From positions 1 through 64,000 of IMG/VR virus record IMGVR_UViG_2857083903_000001: a stretch of 64,000 bases of DNA; one strand, 5' to 3'. Shown here in pieces: positions 9,888 to 19,357 of this stretch. A program made the translations under genes and the position numbers. The notes under the pieces are model-generated. The model was not told the DNA's origin, did not search any database, and was given only the letters and a program-made list of their open reading frames with translations. Each line of letters starts with the position of its first letter. Positions within the stretch are counted from its first letter, which is position 1. This stretch comes from a virus (taxonomy: Duplodnaviria; Caudoviricetes).

Positions 9888-10694
9888 TCAGCCGCCGGGT
9901 GTGGTGGTGGCGACCGTGATGGCGGGGCTGGTGCCGCCGGTGAAGCTGCCGGCGGCGGTCATCTGCGGCACGTCGGTGCCGTCGTAGGCGCCGCCGCTGA
10001 AGGTGACCGTGACGGGGCTGCCGGGCAGCGGCCCGCCGGTGCACGTGATGTCGCCGGGTGCGATGTTCGACAGCGCCTCGAGCGCGGACTGCACCGCGGA
10101 CGAGGTCGCGTTGTAGACGATCGCGCTCGTCGTCTGGCCGTTGAAGGTGAGGGTGAACGTGCCGCCGGTCGGGGTGCCGGTGATGGTGACCGTCTGCACC
10201 TCGTCCGTGCCCGACGCCGGGACGGGGGCACCCTGCAGGGGGCGGGAGGTGATGGAGCAGGTCGCCATGAACTTCGCGGCCTCGTTGTCGGCCGTGTACT
10301 GCGGCGACTGAGAGGCGACCCGGATCGGGAACACGTCCATCGAGTTGTTGCCGGGGATGTCGCCCTTGCGGAGGATGACGACGTATCCGGTGGTGCCCTT
10401 GGCAAAGAGCTGCTCGAGGTCGGCGTCCTCCTCGTCCTCGTAGAAGGTGAAGGAGCTCGAGTCGGCCTTGTCGCTGCCGGGGATGGTGGCGTCGTAGGTG
10501 TCCGCCATGTCCGGGGTGTCGATCTCTTGATTGGTGACCGTCCACCCGTCCATCGCGGCGATGAAGGCGGTGAAGTCGGTGCCCGCGCCCAGTTCACTGC
10601 GGGTCGGGATCATCGTGGTGGCGGCGATGGTCGGCACGAAGTAGAACTTCGACGTGCCGCGCCTCATGTACTTTTTCGGCTTGGCGAGCAGCAT
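9888..10694 (-). CDS. Major tail (tube) protein with C-terminal accessory domain
   Basis: GTSKFYFVPTIA...FTFYED...DVFPIRV tail-tube motifs; C-terminal EVQTVTITGTPTGGTFTLTF domain. Confidence 0.85.
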   Translation of the reverse strand: MLLAKPKKYMRRGTSKFYFVPTIAATTMIPTRSELGAGTDFTAFIAAMDGWTVTNQEIDTPDMADTYDATIPGSDKADSSSFTFYEDEEDADLEQLFAKGTTGYVVILRKGDIPGNNSMDVFPIRVASQSPQYTADNEAAKFMATCSITSRPLQGAPVPASGTDEVQTVTITGTPTGGTFTLTFNGQTTSAIVYNATSSAVQSALEALSNIAPGDITCTGGPLPGSPVTVTFSGGAYDGTDVPQMTAAGSFTGGTSPAITVATTTPGG

Positions 10695-10828
10695 TGGGGC
10701 CCCTTGACGTCCGGGGCCTGCTCCGCGTGGTGCGGTCAGCCCCTGTACACGTGATGTGTGGTCGGCCACCTCTTGGTGGCGTCCGCGTGGGGTCCCGCCG
10801 CGGTGCGGTCCGTGCAGTGCCTGACAGG

Positions 10829-11278
10829 TCAGGCCGGGGTCCAGGCGATGCTGAACCGCTGCACATAGCTGATGATCCCATCTGCGGGGTCACTCGTTCC
10901 CCCCGGTTCCGTGTCCAGCGTCCGGGCCATGTCCCTGTAGCCGGGCACGGTGAGCGGATACCGCCAGCGACCCGTGACCGAGTCGCGGAGCAGGAACGCT
11001 TGCCGGGCTTTGTCCGCCATCCACTCGGCCTGGTCTTCCAGGCCGGCGGAGCTGAGGACGGTGGGGTCGGGCCCGGACACAGAGGTGACCTGGTAGACGG
11101 TGAGTGCGTCCTCATTCAGGTCGGCGAAGGGGGCGCCGGACAGGCTGGTGTCGACGCTGTACAGCAGGTAGTAGGGCGCCTGCGCCCCATTGGGTGCGTG
11201 CCCTCGCCCGACGGGCAGTCCAGTGGCCTCTGCGAGGAGAGCGGCAACCGCCCGGCTGGCGGCCAGCCTGCTGATCAC
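10829..11278 (-). CDS. Tail terminator / completion protein
   Basis: GTG overlapping upstream stop; PYYLLY and YQVTSV motifs; immediately upstream of major tail. Confidence 0.65.
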   Translation of the reverse strand: MISRLAASRAVAALLAEATGLPVGRGHAPNGAQAPYYLLYSVDTSLSGAPFADLNEDALTVYQVTSVSGPDPTVLSSAGLEDQAEWMADKARQAFLLRDSVTGRWRYPLTVPGYRDMARTLDTEPGGTSDPADGIISYVQRFSIAWTPA

Positions 11279-11661
11279 TGCAACACCTCCATGACCGCGA
11301 ACTTCATCTGCATCTTCAACGTCTGCTCGATGAACGGCAGCGCCGGCTGCACGTGGGCAAACGGAGGCTGCGCATAGGAGCGGCCCAGGCTGTCCGTGCC
11401 GGTGAAGCCGAACTCCAGCCGGCGACCATAGGGAAGTTCGGTACCGATGGTGCACAGTGCACTGTTCACCCATCGGCGGTCCACCGACTTCCACGAGTTC
11501 CGGTAGGCGCCCGTGATGACGTTCGGACCGGGCCGGCCGGACGCGTTGCCCCGGATCTTGGCTATGCCCAGGGTTCCGGTGTGTGTGACGCCGCGCTGCA
11601 CGGCGGGGCCGACTCGTTTGGCGGCTGCCTCGAGGCGTTCGGCGAGTTCGTCGGGGGTCAC
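11275..11661 (-). CDS. HK97 gp10-like neck / tail completion protein
   Basis: SGRPGPNVITGAYRNSW, YGRRLEFG, PPFAHVQPA motifs. Confidence 0.8.
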   Translation of the reverse strand: MTPDELAERLEAAAKRVGPAVQRGVTHTGTLGIAKIRGNASGRPGPNVITGAYRNSWKSVDRRWVNSALCTIGTELPYGRRLEFGFTGTDSLGRSYAQPPFAHVQPALPFIEQTLKMQMKFAVMEVLQ

Positions 11662-12110
11662 GGGAGTCTCGATCCGGCGGTCTGGTTCTGGTCCAGGGCG
11701 GTGATGCGGATGACTTCGGTGGTGGCGGCGATACCGGGGTCTTGGCACAGCCAGGACCGGCCGATGAGGTCGGCCTGCTGGGGGTTGTGGACCTGTACGA
11801 CGGTGACGATGGCGTCCTTGGGGGCGATCGGCGCGGTGAGCGGGGTCATGAGCCGGTACCGGGAGTGGGTTTCCTGCGCCCACGGCTGGCCCGCGTTGGG
11901 TATGGACGACACCTCGGACTGGGCGATACCGCCCTGCACAGCACCAGGCCCCTCGTAGAGCACGTCGCCGGGCGGGTATTCGAGATGGCCGGTGGTCTCG
12001 TTGAGGACCGCGTCCTCGGTGGGCGGGAGCGTAATCCGGACGGTGTCCACGCACAGGTTGGTTTCGATCCATCGCCGGGCGGGGGCGAGGATGTCGTCTA
12101 GCCCAGGCAT
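11658..12110 (-). CDS. Head closure / stopper protein (DUF6093-like)
   Basis: DTVRIT...LYEGPGAVQ motif; synteny in neck module. Confidence 0.7.
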   Translation of the reverse strand: MPGLDDILAPARRWIETNLCVDTVRITLPPTEDAVLNETTGHLEYPPGDVLYEGPGAVQGGIAQSEVSSIPNAGQPWAQETHSRYRLMTPLTAPIAPKDAIVTVVQVHNPQQADLIGRSWLCQDPGIAATTEVIRITALDQNQTAGSRLP

Positions 12111-12496
12111 CAGACGCCCCTCCCCTGCGCCCAGTCGGCCAGGGTGGCGAGGATCGCTTCGGTGACGGAGGTCTTGCCGTCGCCGAGGTCCGGCCGGTCG
12201 AGGGCGGCTGTTTGGACGGCGGCCGGGTTGATGCTGGCGAGGAACGCGGCGATCTCCTCGCCGATGTCCTGCTGCTGGTCGGCGACCGTGACGCGGGCGA
12301 GCCCCTCCCACGTAGCGGCGGCGGGTTCCCGGACGTGGAGGACGAGCATGGGCAGCGCGTTGGCGATGTCGTGCTCTAGCCGATAGCCAACGACCTGGCC
12401 GCGCGGGAGGGGGGTGCCGTCGATTCGGACGGTGGCGTCACCGGGCTGGGCGTCGATCCGGACACCGTGCGCAGACGGCTCGGCGGGCTTGGTCAC
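12110..12496 (-). CDS. Hypothetical protein
   Basis: 128 aa ORF translationally coupled on both sides. Confidence 0.65.
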   Translation of the reverse strand: MTKPAEPSAHGVRIDAQPGDATVRIDGTPLPRGQVVGYRLEHDIANALPMLVLHVREPAAATWEGLARVTVADQQQDIGEEIAAFLASINPAAVQTAALDRPDLGDGKTSVTEAILATLADWAQGRGV

Positions 12497-13029
12497 TCGC
12501 TCTCACCGCTTCGGTGTGCCAGGTAGGAATCCCATCCTTCCCAAGCAGGGTCGGGCTCAAGTTCGACGATCTGTGGGACGGCTCGCTCAAACCGCACAGC
12601 TTCGCAGGTCCGTTCATCGAACGCCCTATTTCCTGCCTCATCGACGTAGAACTGCGTGAAGCAAATGATCTGGTTCCCGATGTGGCCTCCTCGATCCCGC
12701 CACTCCAAGCGGATATCTCCTCGTTCAACGAGGCGGGGATCAACTCCGTTGGCTCTCAACCACTTCGCCACGCGGTCCCGTTGTTCTGCCGTCAGGGGGA
12801 CACCTTTCTGCGTGACCCTCATGGAGCAGTTCACCACCGGATGAGGCACATGCCAGTCTTCCTCCAGCATCTTGTGGGAGACCCTGGTGGAGGAGACTTC
12901 GAAGCCACTGCTTCCATCGGCTGCTCCGACCCACGTCTCCACTGATGCCCGAACCACCGACATGCCGTCTGGCACCTCTACTTCGAGTCCGAGAGCGTCT
13001 AGTTCAGAGCCGATCCTCTTCTTGCTCAT
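12493..13029 (-). CDS. Hypothetical protein, atypical codon usage (moron-like)
   Basis: ATG at 13029 overlaps upstream TGA; visibly more A/T at third positions than its neighbours. Confidence 0.6.
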   Translation of the reverse strand: MSKKRIGSELDALGLEVEVPDGMSVVRASVETWVGAADGSSGFEVSSTRVSHKMLEEDWHVPHPVVNCSMRVTQKGVPLTAEQRDRVAKWLRANGVDPRLVERGDIRLEWRDRGGHIGNQIICFTQFYVDEAGNRAFDERTCEAVRFERAVPQIVELEPDPAWEGWDSYLAHRSGESE

Positions 13030-13874
13030 GCTGGGTCTCCTGAGACAAGGCCGCGGCGGCCGTTGAGGTCGGGGCGGGGAATCAGCTCGCGTACACACCC
13101 GTGATGGGCCACGGGGTAGGCCGCGCAGTCGTCGATGGATCGGATCGTGCCGTCAGCGTGATCGGTGTCCTGATGTCCAGTCCAGCCGCATTCGTCGCCG
13201 TCCCGGACCTGCATCCACTCGGCCTCCAGCTCTAGCCGGGCGGTGTTGATGGCGCCATGGTTGGCGGTGACCGCGCCCTGATAGGTGAGCGCGGACCGTG
13301 CCCAGTCCTTCACCGGGTGCCGGGCCTGGTCGCTGTAGACCACGGTGGACAGCGGATGATCAGCAGCAAGTCGGGGGGCGTCGATCCCGGCGTGGTTGCG
13401 GCCGAGGGTGACGGTGCGGGTGGCTTCCTGCGCGGCGCGGGCGAACGCCTGCGCCCGGCGTACCGCCTCCTGGATACGGGCCACCAGATCGACGTAGAAG
13501 ATGCTGGTGAGCCCGGTGAGGGCGGCCTGGTGGTCGGCTGTCCACCGGAACAGGGTGATGTCCCGGTTGGCGCGGCGCAGGGCGCGGAGGGCGCCGTCGC
13601 GGTAGGCGGTGGGAAGGTCTTGGGCGGCCCAGCGTTCGGCGACCGCGCGGGTGAGGCGGTCGAACTCGCCGACCTCGTGGTGGAACGCGGTGATGTAGCT
13701 GTTGATGCGGGTGGTGGCGCCGAGGCCGGGCCGTATCCGTTCCAGGGTGCGCAGCAGCCTGTCCTGGGCGACGGTGAGCCGGTTCCACTGCCGGGTAAGT
13801 TCCAGGACGGCGGCGGTGATGAGTGTGGTGAGTTCGCTGCGGTCGTCGCGGGTCTGCTGGGTGGGGGTGCTCAT
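13026..13874 (-). CDS. Phage minor capsid / head morphogenesis protein
   Basis: C-terminal RDGDECGW.GH...YPVAHHGCVR metal-binding motif of minor capsid/MuF-related proteins. Confidence 0.7.
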   Translation of the reverse strand: MSTPTQQTRDDRSELTTLITAAVLELTRQWNRLTVAQDRLLRTLERIRPGLGATTRINSYITAFHHEVGEFDRLTRAVAERWAAQDLPTAYRDGALRALRRANRDITLFRWTADHQAALTGLTSIFYVDLVARIQEAVRRAQAFARAAQEATRTVTLGRNHAGIDAPRLAADHPLSTVVYSDQARHPVKDWARSALTYQGAVTANHGAINTARLELEAEWMQVRDGDECGWTGHQDTDHADGTIRSIDDCAAYPVAHHGCVRELIPRPDLNGRRGLVSGDPA

Positions 13875-14200
13875 CGGCGGGGCCGTTCCTGCAGCAGGAT
13901 GACGCCGATGTGGTCGCGTGTGTCGGACGCGGTGGGGTCGTCGGGTGCGGGGGGTTCCCCGGCCTCGAGGGCGGTGATCTTCCGTTCGAGTGCGGCCAGG
14001 TTCGCGGTGAAATTCACGGCGACGACGTTGGTGACAGTGACCCCGGTCGGCTGAGCCAGCATGTCGGCATACCGTTCCCGCAACACCTCAAGGGCTACTG
14101 CGCGGGCGGTCCCGAGTCGTAGATACCGGGTGTTCAGGTCGGAAAGGTCGGTGGCCCTGCCGAGCTGGGAGAGCAGCCACGCCTGTACTGCACTGTCCAT
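13871..14200 (-). CDS. Head-tail adaptor-like protein
   Basis: 109 aa helical protein after capsid genes; AGGAG RBS. Confidence 0.6.
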   Translation of the reverse strand: MDSAVQAWLLSQLGRATDLSDLNTRYLRLGTARAVALEVLRERYADMLAQPTGVTVTNVVAVNFTANLAALERKITALEAGEPPAPDDPTASDTRDHIGVILLQERPRR

Positions 14201-14295
14201 CAGGTGGCTCCTTCACGGGCGTGTGGGGGTGGGAAGGGGTTGGGGTGTGCGGGCCCGCTCTGGCGCCCCACCAGGGGGCGGGCCCGCACACTCCC

Positions 14296-14613
14296 TCAGT
14301 TGCCGCTGCTGCCCTCGTCAGCGGCGTCCCGGCCCCCGGACCGGCTGGTGGCCGCACTCTTGCGTGCGGCGGTCTTCTTGGCCGAATGGGCGGCCTTGGT
14401 GTCCTGACTGGCGTCGTCCTGGTCGCCGCCAGCAGGGCTGTGGTCGCTCTTAGCGGGCTTGGACGAGCTCGGGACCTCGCCGTCGACCCAGGCGGCCGGG
14501 TTCGTCACCAGGGCGGCCAGCTCCGGCTCCGGGCAGGTGCCCGCAGCCAGTTCGACCGTCTGATGGGTTTCCGGGTCGTTCACGTACACCGTGGATGCGA
14601 GCTGGGCGGCCAT
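14296..14613 (-). CDS. Small head-associated protein
   Basis: Directly follows major capsid; LVTNPAAW motif, low-complexity tail. Confidence 0.6.
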   Translation of the reverse strand: MAAQLASTVYVNDPETHQTVELAAGTCPEPELAALVTNPAAWVDGEVPSSSKPAKSDHSPAGGDQDDASQDTKAAHSAKKTAARKSAATSRSGGRDAADEGSSGN

Positions 14614-14616
14614 AGG

Positions 14617-15681
14617 TCACCACACCGTCGCGGCGATGTGGATGTCCGGGGTGTACATGACCGGCAGCGCGGCCGCGGAGCACTTCGTGTACACCTGCGG
14701 CGGGTCGTCCTGGTAGCCGCGGGTGACGACGATCCCGGGGGCCTCCTCGCGGAGGATGGCCGGGTTGGCGCCCTGGGACAGGATGAGGCCGTCGGCGGTG
14801 AGACCGTACTGGGTCTCGGCCCACTGGGACGGGTTGGGCGGCAGCAGGAAGAACATGTTCTCCGGCAGGGCCCTCACGTCGGTGCCGTTGTCCAGCTCGA
14901 TCTTCACGTCGTAGCGCTCGATCGGGGGGAGGCCGTAGCGGGCGCGGACGACGTCGACCTCGTTGGGGGCGAGGACGGCGGTGGGGATGGTGCTGGCGGA
15001 GTTGACCGAGCCGTAGTAGGCGGCGCGGTAGGAGTCGTTCGCCATCATCTGCGCCCACCCCTTGTAGGAGGTGAGGGCGCGGGCCGGGGCGGGGGCGCCG
15101 GAGGAGCGGAGGACTTCGATCCAGCGCATCTCGTCGCCGAGGATGTCGGCCGTGGGGTCGGTCCACGCGGTGGGTGCGGTCGGCATGTTCGCGGCCGGCA
15201 CCTTGTAGTCGGCCTCGAGGGTGAGGTTGTTCTCGCCGACCAGGGTGAACTTGCCGTCGGTGAGGAGGTCGCCGGCTGCGAGTTCGAGGCGCTTCTTGAT
15301 GGACAGGACGTGCGCGGCAACGTCGTCGTAGACGGCCTGGACGAGGTCGCGGCTGTCCATGCCGCGGTCGAGGTTCTCCAGGATGGTCTCGAACTCGCCG
15401 ACGATGTACTTCTGGCCGAGCGGGAGGAGCTTGCCGGAGGTGGCGAACTGCGTGATCTCACGCGTGGCCACCTTGGTCTGGGCGTCCCATGCGCGGTAGT
15501 TCGCGGCGGCGACTCGTCGCCGGTTGCCGCGGGTCTCCCAGCGGACAGAGTTGATGGTTCGCTCGGGCATCACCGACAGGGTGAGTGCGTAGTCCGACGG
15601 GGTCTGGATTTCCCGGACGAATGCCTGGATTTCCGTCGGGTTCAGGTCGCGGAGCAGGAGCTCCAGCATGTCATTGGGCAT
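14617..15681 (-). CDS. Major capsid protein (lambda gpE-like family)
   Basis: 354 aa; YRAWDA, LPLGQK, RLELAAGDLLTDGK, AAALPV motifs; after scaffold and decoration genes. Confidence 0.9.
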   Translation of the reverse strand: MPNDMLELLLRDLNPTEIQAFVREIQTPSDYALTLSVMPERTINSVRWETRGNRRRVAAANYRAWDAQTKVATREITQFATSGKLLPLGQKYIVGEFETILENLDRGMDSRDLVQAVYDDVAAHVLSIKKRLELAAGDLLTDGKFTLVGENNLTLEADYKVPAANMPTAPTAWTDPTADILGDEMRWIEVLRSSGAPAPARALTSYKGWAQMMANDSYRAAYYGSVNSASTIPTAVLAPNEVDVVRARYGLPPIERYDVKIELDNGTDVRALPENMFFLLPPNPSQWAETQYGLTADGLILSQGANPAILREEAPGIVVTRGYQDDPPQVYTKCSAAALPVMYTPDIHIAATVW

Positions 15682-15696
15682 GGCGGTGTCTCCTGA

Positions 15697-16431
15697 TCAG
15701 ACCTTGTAGACGAACTGGGTGTTGGAGCCGGCCGGGGCGTCGGCGGGGTCGAAGGCGACCGGGAGCTTGGCGACGTCGATCTGGCCGTGGACCATCAGCG
15801 GGGCGGCGACCTTGGTGGAGCCGGGGTGGAAGGCGACCTCGGTGAACAGGAACCCGCGGAAGGTCTGGGTGCCGTCGCTGGCGGTGGCGGTGCCGCCGGC
15901 GGTGGTGGTGGCCATGGTGACGCCGGGGGTGCTGCCGCCGGTGAGGGAGGCGGTGGCGGTGATGGATGCGACGTTGTCGCCGAGGTACTGGCCGCCGAAC
16001 GTGAGGGTGTAGGGGCCGCCCGCGTTGCCGGTGACCTTGATGTCGCCGGGGTTGACGTTGGACAGCGCCTCAAGTGCGGCCTGGACGGTCGCGGCGGTGG
16101 CGTTGTAGGCGATGGCGCTGGTGGTCTGCCCGGAGAACGTGAGGGTGAACGTGCCGCCGGTGGGTCCGCCGGTGATGGTGGCGGTCTGGACCTCGTTGGT
16201 GACCGGGCTGTACGGCTCGAACAGCTTGGTCGTGGCGTTCTGCGCCAGGGGGATGCCGGACTTCAGCTTCCGCTCCGGCTGGTAGGCGGACGCCTCGAGC
16301 CAGTGCAGGTTCTGGTCGAACTGGGTGAGGTCGAGGGTGACGGTCTGGTTGGCTTCGATGCCGAGCATGCTCATGAGCCACGGGCGGCCGACAGCGAGCG
16401 TCTCGGTGCTGGTGTACGGCTGGATGTCCAC
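15697..16431 (-). CDS. Head decoration protein with inserted accessory domain
   Basis: LKSGIPL...GFLFT...HGQID..KLP decoration motifs interrupted by an EVQTATITGGPTGGTFTLTF domain. Confidence 0.8.
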   Translation of the reverse strand: MDIQPYTSTETLAVGRPWLMSMLGIEANQTVTLDLTQFDQNLHWLEASAYQPERKLKSGIPLAQNATTKLFEPYSPVTNEVQTATITGGPTGGTFTLTFSGQTTSAIAYNATAATVQAALEALSNVNPGDIKVTGNAGGPYTLTFGGQYLGDNVASITATASLTGGSTPGVTMATTTAGGTATASDGTQTFRGFLFTEVAFHPGSTKVAAPLMVHGQIDVAKLPVAFDPADAPAGSNTQFVYKV

Positions 16432-16538
16432 GCCGTAGCCCCTTTCGCGATGTCACGCGGGTGTGTGGTGAGGGCACCAGGTGGTGGTGCCGTCCACGGG
16501 GGGTGCGGGCGTGGTCCCAAGTCGTTCGGTGGAGCTGG

Positions 16539-17330
16539 TCAGCTTGCGGTGCGCAGGCCCATGGCTTCGGCGCGGGCGCGGGCGGCGTCCTTGACTGCGT
16601 CCTTCCCGGCTGTGGGCGGGCGCGGGGGGCCGCCGGCGGCGGGGCCTCCGGAAGGGGCCGGGGGCAGTGCCTGGTGGACTGTGCCGCCGAAGAGTTCGGT
16701 ACGGCGTTCCTTCAGCTTGTCGGCGGCCTCACTGATCGCGGCGTCGTCGGCGTCGTCCGCTACCCGGATCAGGGCGGTGGCGTCGTCGAGGTCGTCGCCG
16801 GTCGCGCCGAGCTTGACGAGCGCGGCCCGTATGCGGGTGTCGCGGTCTCGCTTGGCGGCATCGGCTTCACGCTGGGCGGCGGCGTCGATGCGGGCCTGGA
16901 GTTCCTGCTCGCGCCGGGTGAGTTCCTCGGTGCGCCGCTGTTCCTCGGAGAGCTGGGCTTGGCGTGCCTGTTCGGCCTGCTTGAACAGGTTGCCGAACTG
17001 GGTGGGTTCGAAGGAGTCCGGGTCGAGGCCGGCGGCTTCCGCGATGGTGCGGAAGGCGGCGCGACGGCCCTCTTCCTTCTCTTCGGACATCATCTTGTTC
17101 AGCCGTCGCTGGGTGAAGGAGACCTTCTCCTCCTCCGGGTCCGCCGGGTTGACGGGAGGCACGTGGATGGCGGGGACTGCCTGCGGGCGGCCGGCGAGGT
17201 CTGCCGGGGTGGGCGCGGCCGGTGCGGGCGGGGTGCCGCCGTCGTTGTAGAACACCGCGAGACCGTCCACACCTGTGTAAGGGTGGGCCCAGGCGGTGGC
17301 GGGGCGGGGCGGCTGCGTGGGGCGACGCAT
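16539..17330 (-). CDS. Capsid scaffolding protein
   Basis: Coiled-coil, charge-rich, FTQ motif, ELFG, Pro-rich end; GGGAGG RBS; between portal and decoration. Confidence 0.8.
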   Translation of the reverse strand: MRRPTQPPRPATAWAHPYTGVDGLAVFYNDGGTPPAPAAPTPADLAGRPQAVPAIHVPPVNPADPEEEKVSFTQRRLNKMMSEEKEEGRRAAFRTIAEAAGLDPDSFEPTQFGNLFKQAEQARQAQLSEEQRRTEELTRREQELQARIDAAAQREADAAKRDRDTRIRAALVKLGATGDDLDDATALIRVADDADDAAISEAADKLKERRTELFGGTVHQALPPAPSGGPAAGGPPRPPTAGKDAVKDAARARAEAMGLRTAS

Positions 17331-17356
17331 CGGTGACAGTCCTCCCATGGACAGTT

Positions 17357-17407
17357 CAGGCCCCGCGCCTGAGATCAAGGACACCACAGAAGTCACGATG
17401 TGTTCCC
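17357..17407 (-). promoter_or_regulatory. Late-type promoter GGGAAC-N18-TGTCCT plus AGGCGCGGGGCCTG box (scaffold/capsid)
   Basis: Same motifs and identical spacing as the copies at 19303-19353 and 22552-22602. Confidence 0.7.
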
Positions 17408-19285
17408 TCCGCTCCCTCCGGGCTGCGCGTCCGGCTGGTTGGTGGGCGTGTTGTCGGAGGGCAGACCGGGGAGTTGCGGCGCCGGCGGCGGGGTGGGGTC
17501 GGGGTTGATGTCGACGCCGAGGTAGTCGGCGACGAGCTTCGTGTCACCGGTGGCGTCGGCGAGCTGCCGGGCTGCTTCGAAGGAGCGGGATTCGATCTGC
17601 TTGACCTCTGCCTGAGCGTCGCTTATGGGCCAGCCCGCGTCCTGCAGCATGCGGATCGCGGTCTCGAGGCTGATCACCTTGGCCAGGTAGGCGGTGGTGA
17701 CCTGGTCGAGGACGGCAGCCTTGTCCGTCGGCGTGTAGGGGCCGCGGGTCAGCTTGGCCGGCAGGACGGGCAGCCCGGCCCAGTCGGGGTGCTGGCCTGC
17801 GTGGAAGAGACGCTGCACGAACTTGGGTATGAGCCGGTCGGCGTGGTCGCGGGCGAGCCGCATCCCGGCAATGTTGGAGTCGAGCGGGCCGAGGGACAGT
17901 TCGAGGGCATACCCGGAGGGCACCTTGGAGGGGTCCATGGTGCCCAGGGCGACGGCGGGGAGCCGGACGACGTTGGCTGCCCGGTCGTGGAGGTCGTGGC
18001 CGTGTTCGCGGAGTTCACGGAGGGCGGCGGAAGTGTCGACGGCGGTCATCTTGCCGTTCTCGCCGAGGGTGAACAGGGCGCCGGGGCCGACGTTGAACCG
18101 CTGATTGGAGTCGTGCACACCAGAGATGGCGATCATCGGGAGGCCGGTGGTGCCGGACGCGCGGGCAGAGTCGGTGTCCGACGCGGCAAGCTCGTCGAAC
18201 ACCTGCAGCGCCTTCGCCAGCGACGACTGGCCCCAGTGCTCGCCGGCGGCGGGCACCGTGTTGGGCAGGTGGATAACCGAGATGAAGTCCTGGTAGATGT
18301 CCAGCCGGTCCAGCACTTCGCCCTGGGAGTTGCTGTTGAAGTGGGCCTTCTCCATGGGCAGGGAGTCGACGTCGATGTCACCGGTGAGGTCCTCGAGGAG
18401 CCAGATCCCGTCGGTCAGGTAGCACGTCTTGTAAGAGGGCTGTTCCGACCACGGGTACATGCGGGAGATCGCCCCAAGGTGGTCGACCCGGTCGCCGCGG
18501 CCGAGGACCGGGATGGCGGGTTCGTCGTCGGTGGCTTCGGTGAGGACTGGGGCGCGGACGGGCCGCCCTTGCCGGTCGACCCCGGAGGCGGTGGCGGGCC
18601 TAATCCAGTCCAGCTCGTAGGTGATGCGGCGCAGCCGGGCGGGCAGGCGGCGTTTCTTGTCCTCGGGGAGTTCCCACGCGAAGTGGATTCGGGTGGGGTA
18701 GTCGGTACCGTCGGAGTCCTCGTCGATGACGGGGAAGTAGAAGCCGGGGTCGTAGGTGGTGATGCGGGGGCGCTGCTTGTCGGCGTCCCACCACAGGTGG
18801 AGTACCCCGTCGCCGAGGCCGACGGCCTTGCGTTCGGCCTGGAGGAGCCGCATGGGCAGGAGTTCCTCGTCGGCCCACTCGCGGAGGAGTTCCTGCACGC
18901 GTTCGGCCTGGACGGCCTGCGGGTCGGGCTGGTCGTCGTCGGCGTGTTCGGCGCCGGGCACGGTGATGGACTGCTCGCGGCCCAGGACGTGGGAGACGAG
19001 GGTGTCGACGAACATGGCGGGGTCGCCGTACTCGCGGCGTTCGCGGGCCTCAGCCCCGTCACGGATCTCGGCGAGTTCCCCGGCCTGGTTCTGGTCGTAG
19101 GCGGCGAGGAGTTTGTAGGAGGCGAGCCGGCGTTCGTCTTCGGCGGGGACCCACATGGCGGCGGCTTCGGGGAAGGCGCGGCGTTGTGGCATGCCGGTGG
19201 TGGGGTCGGCAAACAGCGGCTTGTAGTTGAACATCGACCAGTTGTCGATGCGCAGCGCGTGCCGCAGCCCGGTCATGAGGCCCAC
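17393..19285 (-). CDS. Portal protein
   Basis: 630 aa directly after TerL; GLGDGV, HLPN...WGQS, PSGYAL, ISLETA SPP1-like portal motifs. Confidence 0.85.
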   Translation of the reverse strand: MGLMTGLRHALRIDNWSMFNYKPLFADPTTGMPQRRAFPEAAAMWVPAEDERRLASYKLLAAYDQNQAGELAEIRDGAEARERREYGDPAMFVDTLVSHVLGREQSITVPGAEHADDDQPDPQAVQAERVQELLREWADEELLPMRLLQAERKAVGLGDGVLHLWWDADKQRPRITTYDPGFYFPVIDEDSDGTDYPTRIHFAWELPEDKKRRLPARLRRITYELDWIRPATASGVDRQGRPVRAPVLTEATDDEPAIPVLGRGDRVDHLGAISRMYPWSEQPSYKTCYLTDGIWLLEDLTGDIDVDSLPMEKAHFNSNSQGEVLDRLDIYQDFISVIHLPNTVPAAGEHWGQSSLAKALQVFDELAASDTDSARASGTTGLPMIAISGVHDSNQRFNVGPGALFTLGENGKMTAVDTSAALRELREHGHDLHDRAANVVRLPAVALGTMDPSKVPSGYALELSLGPLDSNIAGMRLARDHADRLIPKFVQRLFHAGQHPDWAGLPVLPAKLTRGPYTPTDKAAVLDQVTTAYLAKVISLETAIRMLQDAGWPISDAQAEVKQIESRSFEAARQLADATGDTKLVADYLGVDINPDPTPPPAPQLPGLPSDNTPTNQPDAQPGGSGGNTS

Positions 19286-19302
19286 CGCTTCTCCTCTGCT
19301 TG

Positions 19303-19353
19303 CAGGCCCCGCGCCTGATCATCAGGGTACGGGTGTGGGGTTGGGGTGTTCCC
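19303..19353 (-). promoter_or_regulatory. Late-type promoter GGGAAC-N18-TACCCT plus AGGCGCGGGGCCTG box (portal)
   Basis: Repeated motif with conserved spacing in an intergenic position. Confidence 0.75.
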
Positions 19354-19357
19354 TCGG

